From contig JAQGDQ010001227.1 of NCBI GenBank assembly GCA_030141605.1, positions 1 to 53,826 on the forward strand: DNA of 53,826 nt, in the 5' to 3' direction. Below the pieces are notes generated by a model. It did not search any database, was not told the DNA's origin, and saw only the letters and a list, made by a program, of their open reading frames with translations. Position 1 is the stretch's first letter, and every line of letters begins with the position of its first letter. The position numbers and the translations under genes are program-made. This DNA comes from Tubiluchus corallicola (taxonomy: Eukaryota; Animalia; Priapulida). Below, in pieces: positions 1 to 12,985 of the stretch.

Positions 1-412
1 GAAATTTCTTGGCAGTCGACCATTACCTGAGTCGGATGATTCTCTAACTGCCCATTGGAGGGTTTTTCCGTTAGAGGTGCTGACAATTCTTCTTTTGAAT
101 AAGAAGGCTCTGCTTCCGGTGAAATTTCTTGGCAGTCGACCATTACCTGAGTCGGATGATTTTCTAACTGTGCATCGGAGGGTTTTTCCGTTAGTGGTGC
201 TGACAGTTCTTCTTTTGAATAAGAAGGCTCTGTTTCCGGTGAAATTTCTTGGCAGTCGACCATTACCTGAATCGGATGATTTTCTAACTGTGCCTGGAAG
301 GCTTTTTCCGTTAGTGGTGCTGACAATTCTTCTTCTGAATAATAAGGCTCTGTTTCCGGTGAAATTTCTTGGAAGGAGATTTGGACAGCCTCCTGTCTTT
401 CCAAAACACTGC
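1..412 (-). CDS. Duplicate copy of gene B terminal exon (runs off window edge)
   Basis: 1-549 is nearly identical to 6060-6609, including the acceptor at 413-415. Confidence 0.5.
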
Positions 413-727
413 CTGAAAATAAACTAGGTGTGAACTTTCGTTAATCTTAACAGATTAATCAAGATTGCACATGACCAAAACACTGCCTGAAAATAAACTT
501 GGTGTGAACTTTCGTTAATCTTAACACATTAATCAAGATTGCACATGACCAAACTTTGCAGGTATTTTGAAAAAGAAGTGCCATTTGATACCAAATGAAA
601 AAAAATCATTAAAAGATGTTGGACGGTGACATCCAAAAACACATTTGACATAATATAAAAAAATTTACTGTGCAAGATACATAGCTACAATGTTCTATTG
701 CTATGAAGCCACGCAAATGGTTTAGTT

Positions 728-1227
728 CAGGGGTATGCAAATTGCGGCCCACGGGTCACTTGCGGCCCGCCGAGAGAATTTGTGCGGCCCGCGAAGAGAT
801 TTGTCAACCTAATGAAAGTGCGGCCCGGGCGATTAATTGAGTGTATCCAGCTGAAGTCCGTGCCACGATCCCAAAGATAGTGCGGGTAGTTTTTTCTACT
901 AGATCGGATGCCATTAACCCTCACAAGACGGTTGTAGCTTAATGTCACTGTACTACACAGACTGTGTGATACACATTACTAATATGCATTGTAATGAAAT
1001 TACCACAATCTGTCCTGAAAGTAGAAATATATGGTTTGTAATAGAAATTTTAATAACTTCTAAAATAGTTTCTTGAGTGTAGTAGTAATGATGTACGCAG
1101 GTCGGATGCAAAAAAATCGTTATTAGGTCCTACTGTACTTGGCTCCTTGATCAAACTGCCTGTGGCCCGCAGGAATTGCGGGAAAGTTTAATGTGGCCCA
1201 GTTAGTCAGATAATTTGCACACCCCTG
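728..1227. mobile_element. hAT (Charlie-like) MITE
   Basis: TIR CAGGGGTATGCAAATT / AATTTGCACACCCCTG. The 8-bp TSD GTTTAGTT/GTCTAGTT matches at 7 of 8 positions. Confidence 0.8.
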
Positions 1228-2026
1228 GTCTAGTTTCTACTTTCTGAGAACTTCAATTCACATTTTAGCCATAATTCAGCTTCGTATTGTGTTGATGGCG
1301 TGAATGATTCAGTGTTCTCTAACCCCTCTAGGGAATGCGAGACAGCATTTCAGAGGTTGCAACAAATATACATTATGATGGTTCATTTATCTATTTTGGT
1401 TCACATATGTGCGCTTGCATAGCAAAGTCGTCGATAAGTCGGTAACTAATCTTTTCTAGTTATTCACATATCCTAAAACTCCATTTCATGAGAATCATTT
1501 TGATACCAAGTTCATCACTCTATGTTATTTCTAAGCTAAGATAATCCACGTTGAAGTTGAGGTGCAGGCTGCACACTGGAAAACATAATCTTGAGAAAAT
1601 CAGTGTTAAAGTCAGCCATTGTTTTTTGTTGCATTTCTACAAAACACTTAGCTACCGTACGGATATTAGTTGCTATGGACTTTGCAAGAACACATTGAAG
1701 TTATGTTTAAATCCAGTAGATGGCTCTTCCTGACAAACATTTGGTCTTGGTAACAGGAAAACCAGAAGCAAAATGAATTCTCCTACGAGCTACAATCAGA
1801 GTTTGAAAATTGCAGTACTAGTTTCTAGCCAGAATAGTGGGTCGGGGTCATAAATTTTGTATTTTTTGAACATTTTCTTGATAATTTGTTGCTAGAATAC
1901 AAAAAGTCCAATAAATTTAGCATTTGTTTTTATAAAAAACAAAAATTGGCATTTGACCCACAATTTGGTGCATTCGTCTTTGAGGCATCATAATGCAGTT
2001 TTAACTATGCCAACTTATTGACGGTT

Positions 2027-2355
2027 TTGTAATCATATTGTTTGTAATTTCTTATTGTTTGTAATCGTATTGTTTGTAATCGTATTGTTTGTAATCGTAT
2101 TGTTTGTAATCGCATTGTTTGTAATCGCATTGTTTGGAATCGTATTGTTTGTAATCGTATTGTTTGTAATCGTATTGTTTGTAATCGTATTGTTTGTAAT
2201 CGTATTGTTTGTAATCGTATTGTTTGCAATCGTATTGTTTGTAATCGTATTGTTTGTAATCGTATTGTTTGTAATCGTATTGTTTGTAATCGTATTGTTT
2301 GTAATCGTATTGTTTGTAATCGTATTGTTTGTAATCATATTGTTTGCAATCGTAT
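2027..2355. repeat. 15-bp minisatellite (TTGTAATCGTATTGT)
   Basis: Direct reading. Confidence 0.95.
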
Positions 2356-3711
2356 AATATTGTAGTCATTGTTTTCCAATTATTAATAATTCACCAAATC
2401 TTCTAATATTGTTTCATAAAATTAGAAAGGATGCGATAAGATCACGTGAGGTAAAAATGACTCTAAACCCCAATCTGGAACCCTTTTGAGGCTCCATACA
2501 GTTTGTGAGGACCCCTAAGCTCTGGCTTGCTTATTTTTTTACATTATTATGATATATTATGACTCCATTATAGATTTACTTGCTTATGTTTAAGAATTAT
2601 GTTTGTGTTAGGGTTAGGGTTAGGGTTAGCATTTATTTTTCTATTAGTTTTAGTACATATTCTCAGCAGATGTGAAATATCCATTGAAAATGCTGGATGT
2701 TATTAATTGTATTATTCAGTTCATATGCACAGAGACTGATATTTCTTTGTTTTGCAGTCATTTTTCTACTTTTTTGACTAATTATTATACATAAAAACTT
2801 ACATATATTTTCAAGTTCTTACTTTGTTTTGAAGTTATTATAGGTTTTACATGTCAAATGTAGACCTGCGTTAACTCAAATGTAGATTTAGGTAATTCAA
2901 ATGTGTCTTGGTAACTCAAATGTAGACTTAGGTAGTTCAAATGTGTTAACAATGGTTTTCAACAAATCTTGAGCGTTTTTGGTAAGTCAAATGTAGACAC
3001 ATGTCAAGTCAACTGTGACATTGGTATCTCAAATGTGGGTAGGTGGTAAAGTTTAAGGATGTTAAATTTAATCTTCTTTAATTTCAATTTAATAATTGCT
3101 CTTAAGTTAAAATAACAACGTTATAGGATCACTAATATTCTGTAAACTTTACATACCATTGGAACTGTTAGAGAAAACAATACATTCTTAAAATAAACAA
3201 CGTTTATATTCGCTGTGTGTATCTATTTAAGCTTGCAGCCAAATCTTTACAGAACTCTGTTTGAGTAAATGTGTTAGTGATGTTAATGTAACTGTATTTT
3301 CGTTATTTGTAATTTTATTTTTAATTAGCCTTTGATTACTGTACTTATTTACTATAAATTTAATTTATATTTCTATGTGTGCATCTATTTTAACTTGTTT
3401 ATGCAAAACTGCAAGTATTGTTAGCTACATTTGTGTATAAAAATAAAAATGAGAATGTTAATGTAAGTCATTCTACTCAAAAAGCTGCTTAGAATTCATA
3501 TTCAAACATGTTTGTTTATCATATCTATAAGTGAAATGTATCGACTCTCTTGCCAAGACAAGTATGCTACAATCGTACTGAAAAACGTCTGAATTACATC
3601 GATAAAAACTTATCTATATACGATAAAAATGTTTTTACTTAAAGTCAATATGTAAAAAACCATAACAATAATCATGGTCACCACCTCTTCAACAACAATA
3701 ATAATAAATAT

Positions 3712-4074
3712 CTAGACTGGCAACAATTATATTAGACTGGCAACAAGTATATTAGACTGGCAACAATTATATTAGACTGGCAACAAGTATATTAGACTGG
3801 CAACAGATATATTAGACTGGCAACAATTATATTAGACTGGCAACAAGTATATTAGATTGGCAACAAGTATATTAGACTGGCAACAATTATATTAGACTGG
3901 CAACAAGTATATTAGACTGGCAACAAGTATATTAGACTGGCAACAAGTATATTAGACTGGCAACAAGTATATTAGACTGGCAACAAGTATATTAGACTGG
4001 CAACAAGTATATTACACTGGCAACAAGTATATTAGACTGGCAACAATTATATTAGACTGGCAACAATTATATTA
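3712..4074. repeat. 20-bp minisatellite (TATTAGACTGGCAACAAGTA)
   Basis: Direct reading. Confidence 0.95.
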
Positions 4075-4640
4075 GGCCCCAAAGAATGACACCAACGAAT
4101 AGCACCAAATTTTAACAATTCTACTAAAACGAAAAAGACCAGTTTTACAATAAAAATATCTCAAAGTAGAATATCGAACAGACGCATGTACCGTACTCAA
4201 GATTTCAGAAAATGACACTCAAAAATTTCATGTACAGAAAATTAAAAAAAACACAAAACCGGATAGGGCCATCAACAAGTTTGAACATGCACGCAATGAC
4301 ACTGTTATAATGACAAAATTTTACAATAAAGTACCACATTTGAAGACTGAAAGCCAATATAAAAATTTCATCAGTATCTTAACCAAAACAGCCTCATAAT
4401 GCAACTGCAAAAATTTCAAATATTTATTATGTAAAACTGGCAATACGTAATTGAAATGCATTACAAAAAAAATTCAAAATTTTGGTAGTACTTTAGCATT
4501 ATGCTAAGTTGTTGCTTTTAGTAGTTTTCAATCGCATATTTGTTACTAAAAGTATACATAAGTACTTTATGTGCGAGTAAAAAATGATATTGTAAGATAC
4601 AAGATATAATATCAATTTTTCTCTATCGTATTTATATCTA

Positions 4641-5183
4641 CCGTATTTATTCGAGTATAACTCGCAAACTTTTCTACCTAAAAAGGACTCAAAGTTTGGG
4701 TGCGCGTTATAAACGAGGGCTGGGGTAACACGCTTAGATGGTGCAATGACTTTTAGTCAAAAATATCGCTGACCACAATCACAAAATATTGAATGCAGCC
4801 ACATTTCTCCACACACAAAACGCCTATGGTCTATTTTTAGTAACAGTATCCAAAGCATTTGCGTGGACAATCTAAAATAAATAATTCTCAATGGCTCATG
4901 CGCAACACACTCACTGCAGAGGCGAGGCGTAGCTAAGGAAATATTCAATAATATTTGCGTCATCAGCAGACTTTGTCAGACGGTGCCATTTCCAAGAATT
5001 CTCATTATCCGCTGTTCATAGTTTACTTTACATTGTCAATAAATGATTTTTATCATGGCCGCACGTGTTCAACAACGTTTGTCACTTACAATGCTTGGTC
5101 TGAGCCGAGAAAAACTGAAACGAAATTTTATACCGATTTTTAATGGAAAATTAGGGGTGCGCGTTACACTCGAATAAATACGG
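4641..5183. mobile_element. Tc1/mariner-pogo-type MITE
   Basis: TA|CCGTATTTATTCGAGT...ACTCGAATAAATACGG|TA. Confidence 0.75.
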
Positions 5184-5950
5184 TATATGCAAAAAGAGGA
5201 ATATTATCACAGACACATGAACGTATGAAAGTTTGATATGTAACTATAAAACTTGTACAGATGAAATGCTAAGTACTTGTACTGGATAAGAAACTGTCTG
5301 CATTAACATAAATTACTTTAATTAATGTGAATTCTGATCTTGTATAAAATGCACCAACCGTTTGCAAGTTCATTAAACTCCAGTCTTTACAAGGCGACAC
5401 AGACACAAGTTTGCATCAAAATTTTCTTCCAAAGTTCAGATCATCTCTGAGCCCCCAATCTCGTTTTCATCTGTGGCTGGAGAAGCATTACGGTCAAACA
5501 TCTCTAAGCGGACACTCATTCAACTTCATTCATATTCAAACTTTTCCATTGGACGAACAAGAAAATGGAGTCACATTTTATAAGATCACAATAATATTCT
5601 CATCATGTCTGTATATCCTAGTAACTTTGAGTTAAACATTCGCGCAGAAGAGTGTCTGTAATACAGATGAATAAAAACTAAATTTTGCTCTACCACGCAT
5701 TTCATTCGTGAAAAAATTTTCATCATGCAGCTTATTCTGATTGGTAGAGCGATCTATCACGTACTTAATCTAACCCAAACCCACTACACACAACTCAGAA
5801 TCATTAGAGAAATGATCACAGAAGTTCTGCTTTATGTTTGTGCCCATTTTAACACAAGCTTCATGTACCTAATCATGTAGCATAGCAGCACAGTCATGAG
5901 TCAGAAGTTCTATTTCATCCAACATTTATAAGAAGCAGTTAACATTGCGC

Positions 5951-6471
5951 TCAGTCGACCATTGCCCGAGTCGGTTGATTCTCTAACTGTGCATCGGAGG
6001 GTTTTTCCGTTAGTGGTGCTGACCGTTCTTCTTCTGGATAAGAAGGCTCTGCTTCCGGTGAAATTTCTTGGCAGTCGACCATTACCTGAGTCGGATGATT
6101 CTCTAACTGCCCATTGGAGGGTTTTTCCGTTAGAGGTGCTGACAATTCTTCTTTTGAATAAGAAGGCTCTGCTTCCGGTGAAATTTCTTGGCAGTCGACC
6201 ATTACCTGAGTCGGATGATTTTCTAACTGTGCATCGGAGGGTTTTTCCGTTAGTGGTGCTGACAGTTCTTCTTTTGAATAAGAAGGCTCTGTTTCCGGTG
6301 AAATTTCTTGGCAGTCGACCATTACCTGAATCGGATGATTTTCTAACTGTGCCTGGAAGGCTTTTTCCGTTAGTGGTGCTGACAATTCTTCTTCTGAATA
6401 ATAAGGCTCTGTTTCCGGTGAAATTTCTTGGAAGGAGATTTGGACAGCCTCCTGTCTTTCCAAAACACTGC
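5951..6471 (-). CDS. Gene B terminal exon: four 40-aa acidic Tyr-containing repeats
   Basis: tattttcag acceptor, phase 1. The 120-bp tandem unit encodes QEISPE(T/A)EPxYSxEELSAPLTEK.SDAQLENHPTQVMVDC. The full model sums to 1491 nt (497 codons including stop). Confidence 0.7.
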
Positions 6472-6691
6472 CTGAAAATAAACTAGGTGTGAACTTTCGT
6501 TAATCTTAACAGATTAATCAAGATTGCACATGGACCAAAACACTGCCTGAAAATAAACTTGGTGTGAACTTTCGTTAATCTTAACACATTAATCAAGATT
6601 GCACATGACATCAAACTCAGACAAAATCTGAAAATTCTACAGAAATAAGCTGTCAATTGCTGTGTCAAATAACATTTTAGAATTAAAGCAT

Positions 6692-6940
6692 ACAGCCAAT
6701 CAGAATTGAAAGTGTACAGCCAATCAGAATTGAGAGTATACAGCCAATCAGAATTGAAAGTATACAGCCAATCAGAATTGAAAGTAACCAGCCAATCAGA
6801 ATTGAAAGTATACAGCCAATCAGAATTGAAAGTATACAGCCAATCAGAATTGAAAGTAACCAGCCAATCAGAATTGAAAGTATCCAGCCAATCAGAATTG
6901 GAAGTATACAGCCAATCAGAATTGAACGTATGCAATCAGA
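6692..6940. repeat. 24-bp minisatellite (CAGCCAATCAGAATTGAAAGTATA)
   Basis: About 10 units. Confidence 0.95.
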
Positions 6941-7062
6941 GGCCAAACTTATCGTAATGAAATGCTGCTTAATGCATTACTTTCAGCATATTAAACACGA
7001 TGCATGACTGCAATAAACACAAAAAAAAACTGAAGGCTTAATGAATATTTGAATGCTGTTAC

Positions 7063-7113
7063 CTCCATGACTGTTTCTGCCTCCATGTGGAGCAAATTCA
7101 ACGTTCATCTTTG
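7063..7113 (-). CDS. Gene B cytoplasmic exon (51 nt)
   Basis: ttcttttcag acceptor and G|gtaaca donor, phase 1-1. AKMNVEFAPHGGRNSHG. Confidence 0.6.
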
Positions 7114-7390
7114 CTGAAAAGAAAATGTTATGGATGCCGACAACTAATATTTCTTGCTAAAACCAAAATGGTGCCACCAGGAGTGACCATCGAGTTTTCT
7201 AATTAGATTCGAATGAGTTTTCTTAATTCAAATTCGATTCAAGCCTAAAATGATAAATTCAAATAATTCAACTATGTATGTTCATTATTACAAAAACATT
7301 TGAATCGTCACACAATCAGCACAATTTCTGTGCACAATTTTTTAACAAATAAAATCAATCGATATGCAAGTTTTGTGCAAAATCGCTTTT

Positions 7391-7845
7391 TCATCATCAT
7401 CATCACCATCATCATTGTCACCATCATCATCATCACCACCATCATCATCATCATCATCATCATTGTCACCATCATCATCATTATCATCACCACCACCATC
7501 ATCATCACCATCATCATCACCACCATCATCATCACCATCATCATCATCACCACCATCATCATCATCATCACCACCACCATCATCATCATCATCATCATCA
7601 TCATCACCACCACCATCATCATCATCATTATCACCACCACCATCATCATCACCACCATCATCATCATCATTATCACCACCACCATCATCATCATCATCAC
7701 CACCATCATCGTCATTATCATCATCACCACCACCATCATCATCATTATCACCAACACCATCATCATCATCATCATCATCACCACCATCATCGTCATTATC
7801 ATCATCACCACCACCATCATCATCATCACCACCATCATCATTGTA
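7391..7845. repeat. (CAT/CAC)n microsatellite
   Basis: Direct reading. Confidence 0.95.
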
Positions 7846-9099
7846 ATCATATGGTTTTGAATCCAAATTCAAAATCAATTTATTTTTCTCTAACATACTT
7901 TTTTGATTTATCATTCGAACATCTTTACAAAATTCAATTCAATTCGGGTTTGAAATCTTGAAATTTGGTTTGACGCAAGTTTGGAGGTCAAATACTTGAT
8001 TGGAATTCAAATTTTGATAGAGAATGCTCAACCCCTAGGTGCCATAAACCTGCATTGCAGCACCAACTGTGATTTACCAAACAAGATGCATTCACATCAG
8101 ACCTACCAATACACGAATTTGATGTATAATGAATGTATTTGATGTATGTATGCTGTAGGTCGATAATTTATCGATAAAGCAAAACAAAAGAACATGTAAC
8201 TCACTAGCGAGAATGTTATCGTAACTTGCCATGCTAACCATTTCTGTAACGAGAAGCGTAAAAACAGAAAATTAGTTTTAAGACTATTAATTACGGAAAG
8301 GTTAGCCAGTTGTTTGAGCTACTCTCGATAAAAATATGCTAATAAGAGAACATGCGCTTTGTAATGAGTGTGAAACAGCTTTATGATTACTAAATATTAG
8401 GCACATTATAAGAAACATTCCTTCAGTAGTTCAAAATTTGAGGCAACGGGTAAAAAGTGCAAAATATTTTTATTACATCAGGAAAAATAGCTATATATAT
8501 AGACGATCTCGAAGATTTCAGCATATGAAGAGCACCCGTATTGCCGTTTGCTAGGAGGCAATTCTTAACACATTTAACAATAAGAACTCCATGCAGTGTC
8601 GAGCAGATGTTTAACATTTAGAACGGTATATTATTTGCAGTTTTACTTTTGTGATTAAAGGAACAATTCTTGAATTAGTATAATTCGAAACATTTATATT
8701 TGCACTTACGCTCTATGCGGTATGGCAGTATTATATGTAATTATTTTGTTGTTGTTATTTCAGCCTGATCATTGCTGCTATATCATAAATAAACCACTTT
8801 GATTGATTCAGCAAAAACTTTCATAGTTATTTAATATACACATTGCCCAGTAAAAATTATTCTACACAACAGCAAGATCTGCAATGAAATTACGTATTGA
8901 AAAAACAAGAAATCAAAATAGCTCTTCCCGTGTTTTCGAACACTACGCAGTAAACAAACTCTTGACCTAAGTTTTATTGATGACTAAGATTTTATTTTTA
9001 TTTCTGAACACAATTTATTTCTGAAGAATTCACTGCCAGTTACTGTCAAGCGGCCATAGTGCTTTTAGAAGATGTAACTAAGCCAAACTTTTTTTGAAA

Positions 9100-9300
9100 A
9101 TCCAGTCAAGATAAATGTAAAAACATAACAATACCAGACATAATGAATCTATAAAAAGACGTTGTAGAACAAATATGGCAAAACACTTCATTAGCTATAT
9201 GGGACCAGTCCTACGGAATAGACTAAGCCGCAATTCAAAATGTAGTCACTCCCTTTCAACTTTTAAAAAAACCGTCACAAAAGAAATATTTCAAAAGTAT
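9100..9300 (+). mobile_element. Degenerate CR1/L2-group LINE 3' fragment
   Basis: Degenerate HNTR...RTNMAKHFISYMGPVL..RL...FKK motif. Confidence 0.5.
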
Positions 9301-9814
9301 TAAGAGTAACACAGTTTGATAATGGTAATAACCTGCATTTTTTTTCCACAGTAATCTTAATAAAACGTGACTATGCTCAACAGGTTACTGAACACTTTTT
9401 AATCATGATCACAGTTTTTCTTAGTTCTCGCTCCATTTCATCTTTCATTCACTACTCCCCCCACTTTTATGTATATATTATCATCATTTCAATTATTAAT
9501 CACTTCTTTAAGATTTCCACGTACAGTTTCGCCTGTCAAGCTATGTTTTTAGGCTCAAACTGTATGCATCAAAATTATTCTGTAATGTAATTTGCACATG
9601 TATATGCTGCATTTTGTAATTTCTGGATAATACTGCATTTATATTTATATTTACTTCAGTGAAATTATCTGTATTTTTATTATAATTGTTAGATGCAGAG
9701 TGGAAATAAATAAACTTACAAACGTGAAATCTTATTAGAAACTGATTTTCTCGTAAATTACTTAGGAGATGAGGAGAAAAAAAAATTTGCTAGCTTGCTT
9801 ATTAGTCTTACAAG

Positions 9815-9990
9815 TTATGTATTACAGGTATATCCATTTACTAAGATTTTTGTGTATTTTTTGGAAGCAGAAAATAAGCTACCTTCAACGGAATCTTTTG
9901 GCAACGAGTTCCATAATTTAACTCTTTGTGATTTTAAGCTATTGAAACCATGTCGGGTAAAAAATCTCTCCAGAAAATACTGTTCATTAG
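9815..9990 (-). mobile_element. CR1/L2-group LINE 3' fragment
   Basis: TRHGFNSLKSQRVKLWNSLPKDS...KKYTKILVNGY. Confidence 0.6.
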
Positions 9991-10682
9991 AAGGAATTAT
10001 TTTTATTTTCATTTTATTTTATTTCTCGTATTTTATTTCCTTTTCGTTGCTGTCGTTAATGTAGCATGCTCTCACTTACTGCACCCAGAAGGAATTTGGT
10101 CAATTATCACGTCGTAATCATATGGAGGAAAGGTACACCTTTTGTATATCTTTAGACTTTAATATTATGCAATAATGAACGCTAATCCTAAAGAATTTTA
10201 AGATACTTTTCTTTCAACTCTTTTTTTCATAACTAAACATACATGTTTATCCACTTTTGCTAGCTACAAGCGAGAAATTAATTTTTTTCTCCTTCCTTTG
10301 GCTCTAGGTCCTCATAATATGAATTTTAAATACGTAATGGTTAAATTATTATTTAAAGATAGTCACGTGTGTCTCTTCTTTCCCATTATTGAACATTATT
10401 TTATTATAAACTAACACATTCGCATAATGTTCAATTTTCATTCGTCTTAAATGCAAAATCTGATAATTTTTAATTACCTGGTACATTCGCATTAACTAAT
10501 TAATTATATTAGTAACAATTCTGAGAGGGCGGCTGACCTCGATAAGTTATAGTTCTTTTGCCACCCTTTCACCACTAATCAATAATTACTTTTGCACTTT
10601 GTAATATTATTGTATGTTGTACAGATTTATAAATCTCTTAGTTAAGTGTTTTGCTATTTTAAAAATGGTGATAAACTAATAA

Positions 10683-10729
<47 letters not shown>

Positions 10730-11021
10730 CGCTCATATAGCAGTCGAACGTAGAAAACTCACTAAAACAATGTACAATCCTTTTGACTGAACCCTTGATT
10801 TTACAAGTTTTCGAACCCAAATAAAGGCCCAGTTTGCCACTGTAGTATGGAAAGTCACTTTTAATGACTCACGCTCAGCACAAAAAGGGACTTTTATTTT
10901 AATGCCCTAAAATGGGAGCTCAAGTTTCTAGAAATAAGAATGCAACTTAATAGTGACACAAAATTAATGTCTAGTGTGTCTGTTCTAATCTGGCAATAAC
11001 TGTAAATTTATGGTAACGTAC

Positions 11022-11057
11022 CGTAGTGCCTAGGCAACTCAGATGCTACTTTCTCTG
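11022..11057 (-). CDS. Gene B cytoplasmic microexon (36 nt)
   Basis: tcttttctag acceptor and G|gtacgt donor, phase 1-1. SEKVASELPRHY. Confidence 0.6.
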
Positions 11058-11102
11058 CTAGAAAAGAGAAGACTTTGTTTACATGATAATCATAAAGAAA
11101 CG

Positions 11103-11756
11103 GAGGATTTTATACATAGACAAACATGTGCACAAACACAGAGGATTTTATACATAGACAAACATGTGCACAAACACAGAGGATTTTATACATAGACAAA
11201 CATATGCACAAACACAGAGGATTTTATACATAGACAAACATATGCACAAACACAGATGATTTTATACATAGACAAACATATGCACAAACACAGAGGATTT
11301 TACACGTAGACAAACATGTGCACAAACACAGAGGATTTTATACATAGACAAACATGTGCACAAACACAGAGGATTTTATACATAGACAAACATATGCACA
11401 AACACAGAGGATTTTACACGTAGACAAACATGTGCACAAACACAGAGGATTTTATACGTAGACAAACATGTGCACAAACACAGAGGATTTTATACGTAGA
11501 CAAACATATGCACAAACACAGAGGATTTTATACGTAGACAAACATGTGCACAAACACAGAGGATTTTATACGTAGACAAACATATGCACAAACACAGAGG
11601 ATTTTACACATAGGCAAACATATGCACAAACACGGAGGATTTTATACATAGACAAACATGTGCACAAACACAGAGGATTTTATACATAGACAAACATGTG
11701 CACAAACACAGAGGATTTTACACGTAGACAAACATGTGCACAAACACAGAGGATTT
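11103..11756. repeat. 38-bp minisatellite
   Basis: GAGGATTTTATACATAGACAAACATGTGCACAAACACA units fill most of the intron between two microexons. Confidence 0.95.
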
Positions 11757-11840
11757 CCAAAAATGTATGAAAATGCCTACAACTCATAAATTATAATAAA
11801 TAATTGGTAACGGTAAATACATGGTGCATCTTTTACTTAC

Positions 11841-11873
11841 ATTTCTGTAGGGGAGGAGGGCTTTCTGCTGAAG
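11841..11873 (-). CDS. Gene B cytoplasmic microexon (33 nt)
   Basis: ccatttcag acceptor and T|gtaagt donor, phase 1-1. SSAESPPPLQK. Confidence 0.65.
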
Positions 11874-11976
11874 CTGAAATGGCAAAAAAATATCGTTGAA
11901 ATAAGTTCATTTTGAAAGAGAATAAGTTTCAAAGTCTGACAATGTGCCACAGCAACACAAATTAAAAACAGAGCGT

Positions 11977-12024
11977 ATCACCATCATCATCACCATCATT
12001 ATCATCATCATCATCATCATTGTC

Positions 12025-12056
<32 letters not shown>

Positions 12057-12261
12057 CATCATGTCATTATCATCATCATCATCATTGTTATCATCATCAT
12101 CATTATCATCATCATCACCACCGTCATCATCATTATCATCATTGTTATTATCACCATCATCGTCATAAATATCATCATTGTCATCATCATCATCATCATT
12201 GTTATTATCACCATCATCATCATTGTTATTATCACCATCATCATCATAAATATCATCATTG

Positions 12262-12314
<53 letters not shown>

Positions 12315-12550
12315 GTCATTGTTATTATCACCATCATCATCATTATCATCATCATCATTATCATCATCATCACCACCGTCATCATCATTATCATCATTGT
12401 CATCATCATCATCATCATCATCATTGTCACCATCATCATGACCATCATCATCATCATTGTCACCATCATCATGACCATCATCATTATCATCACCATCATC
12501 ATCATCATCACTATCATCATCATCATCATCATCACCACCATCATCATTGT
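11977..12550. repeat. (CAT)n microsatellite
   Basis: Direct reading. Confidence 0.95.
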
Positions 12551-12874
12551 AATCATATCAATTTATTTTTCTCTTTCTCGTAAAAATAAGAGACCATTCA
12601 AACACTATTTTGCTGACTCTGCACACAAACGGGGGGTGGGTGGGTGGGTGGGTGGGTGGTGTAGTCGTATGTTGATAGTCCTGGGATGTAAGTTGTCAAG
12701 TCAATAACTGTGGTGTGAAACCTTCTGAGCAGTTAGGCATATTTCGTGACAAACGTTTGAAATATTTGTATTGCACTGAATTGTTATTCAGGTAGGTAAA
12801 TTTTAAAAGCAAATTGATTTGAATTACAACTTTTTATACCACATTAATCATATTCACTTTAAAGATGTACTTAC

Positions 12875-12985
12875 AGGCAAAGCACGACAATCTCTTGAAG
12901 TAACAATAGAAACAGGAAGCTAAAATTACAGGAAGAAGAATACCGATCGACAGACCAATTGATGCCACTATGTATGAAGGCTTTT
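12875..12985 (-). CDS. Gene B exon: transmembrane helix
   Basis: ctttccag acceptor and T|gtaagt donor, 111 nt, phase 1-1. EKPSYIVASIGLSIGILLPVILASCFYCYFKRLSCFA has juxtamembrane Cys residues (possible palmitoylation). Confidence 0.85.

Noticed and set aside
2608-2629. (TTAGGG)3 telomere-like tract
   Set aside because: Too short. Such tracts are common inside repeats and give no evidence of a chromosome end or fusion.
77-6486. Plus-strand ORFs 77-427 and 5962-6486
   Set aside because: Antisense shadows of the 120-bp repeat exon. The splice signals and protein-like composition favour the minus strand.
10080-10150. Possible additional gene B tail exon before a gtaagt donor
   Set aside because: No good phase-1 acceptor, and it lies among LINE debris.
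7300-12707. Poly-I/S/H/D/M ORFs
   Set aside because: (CAT)n microsatellite translations.
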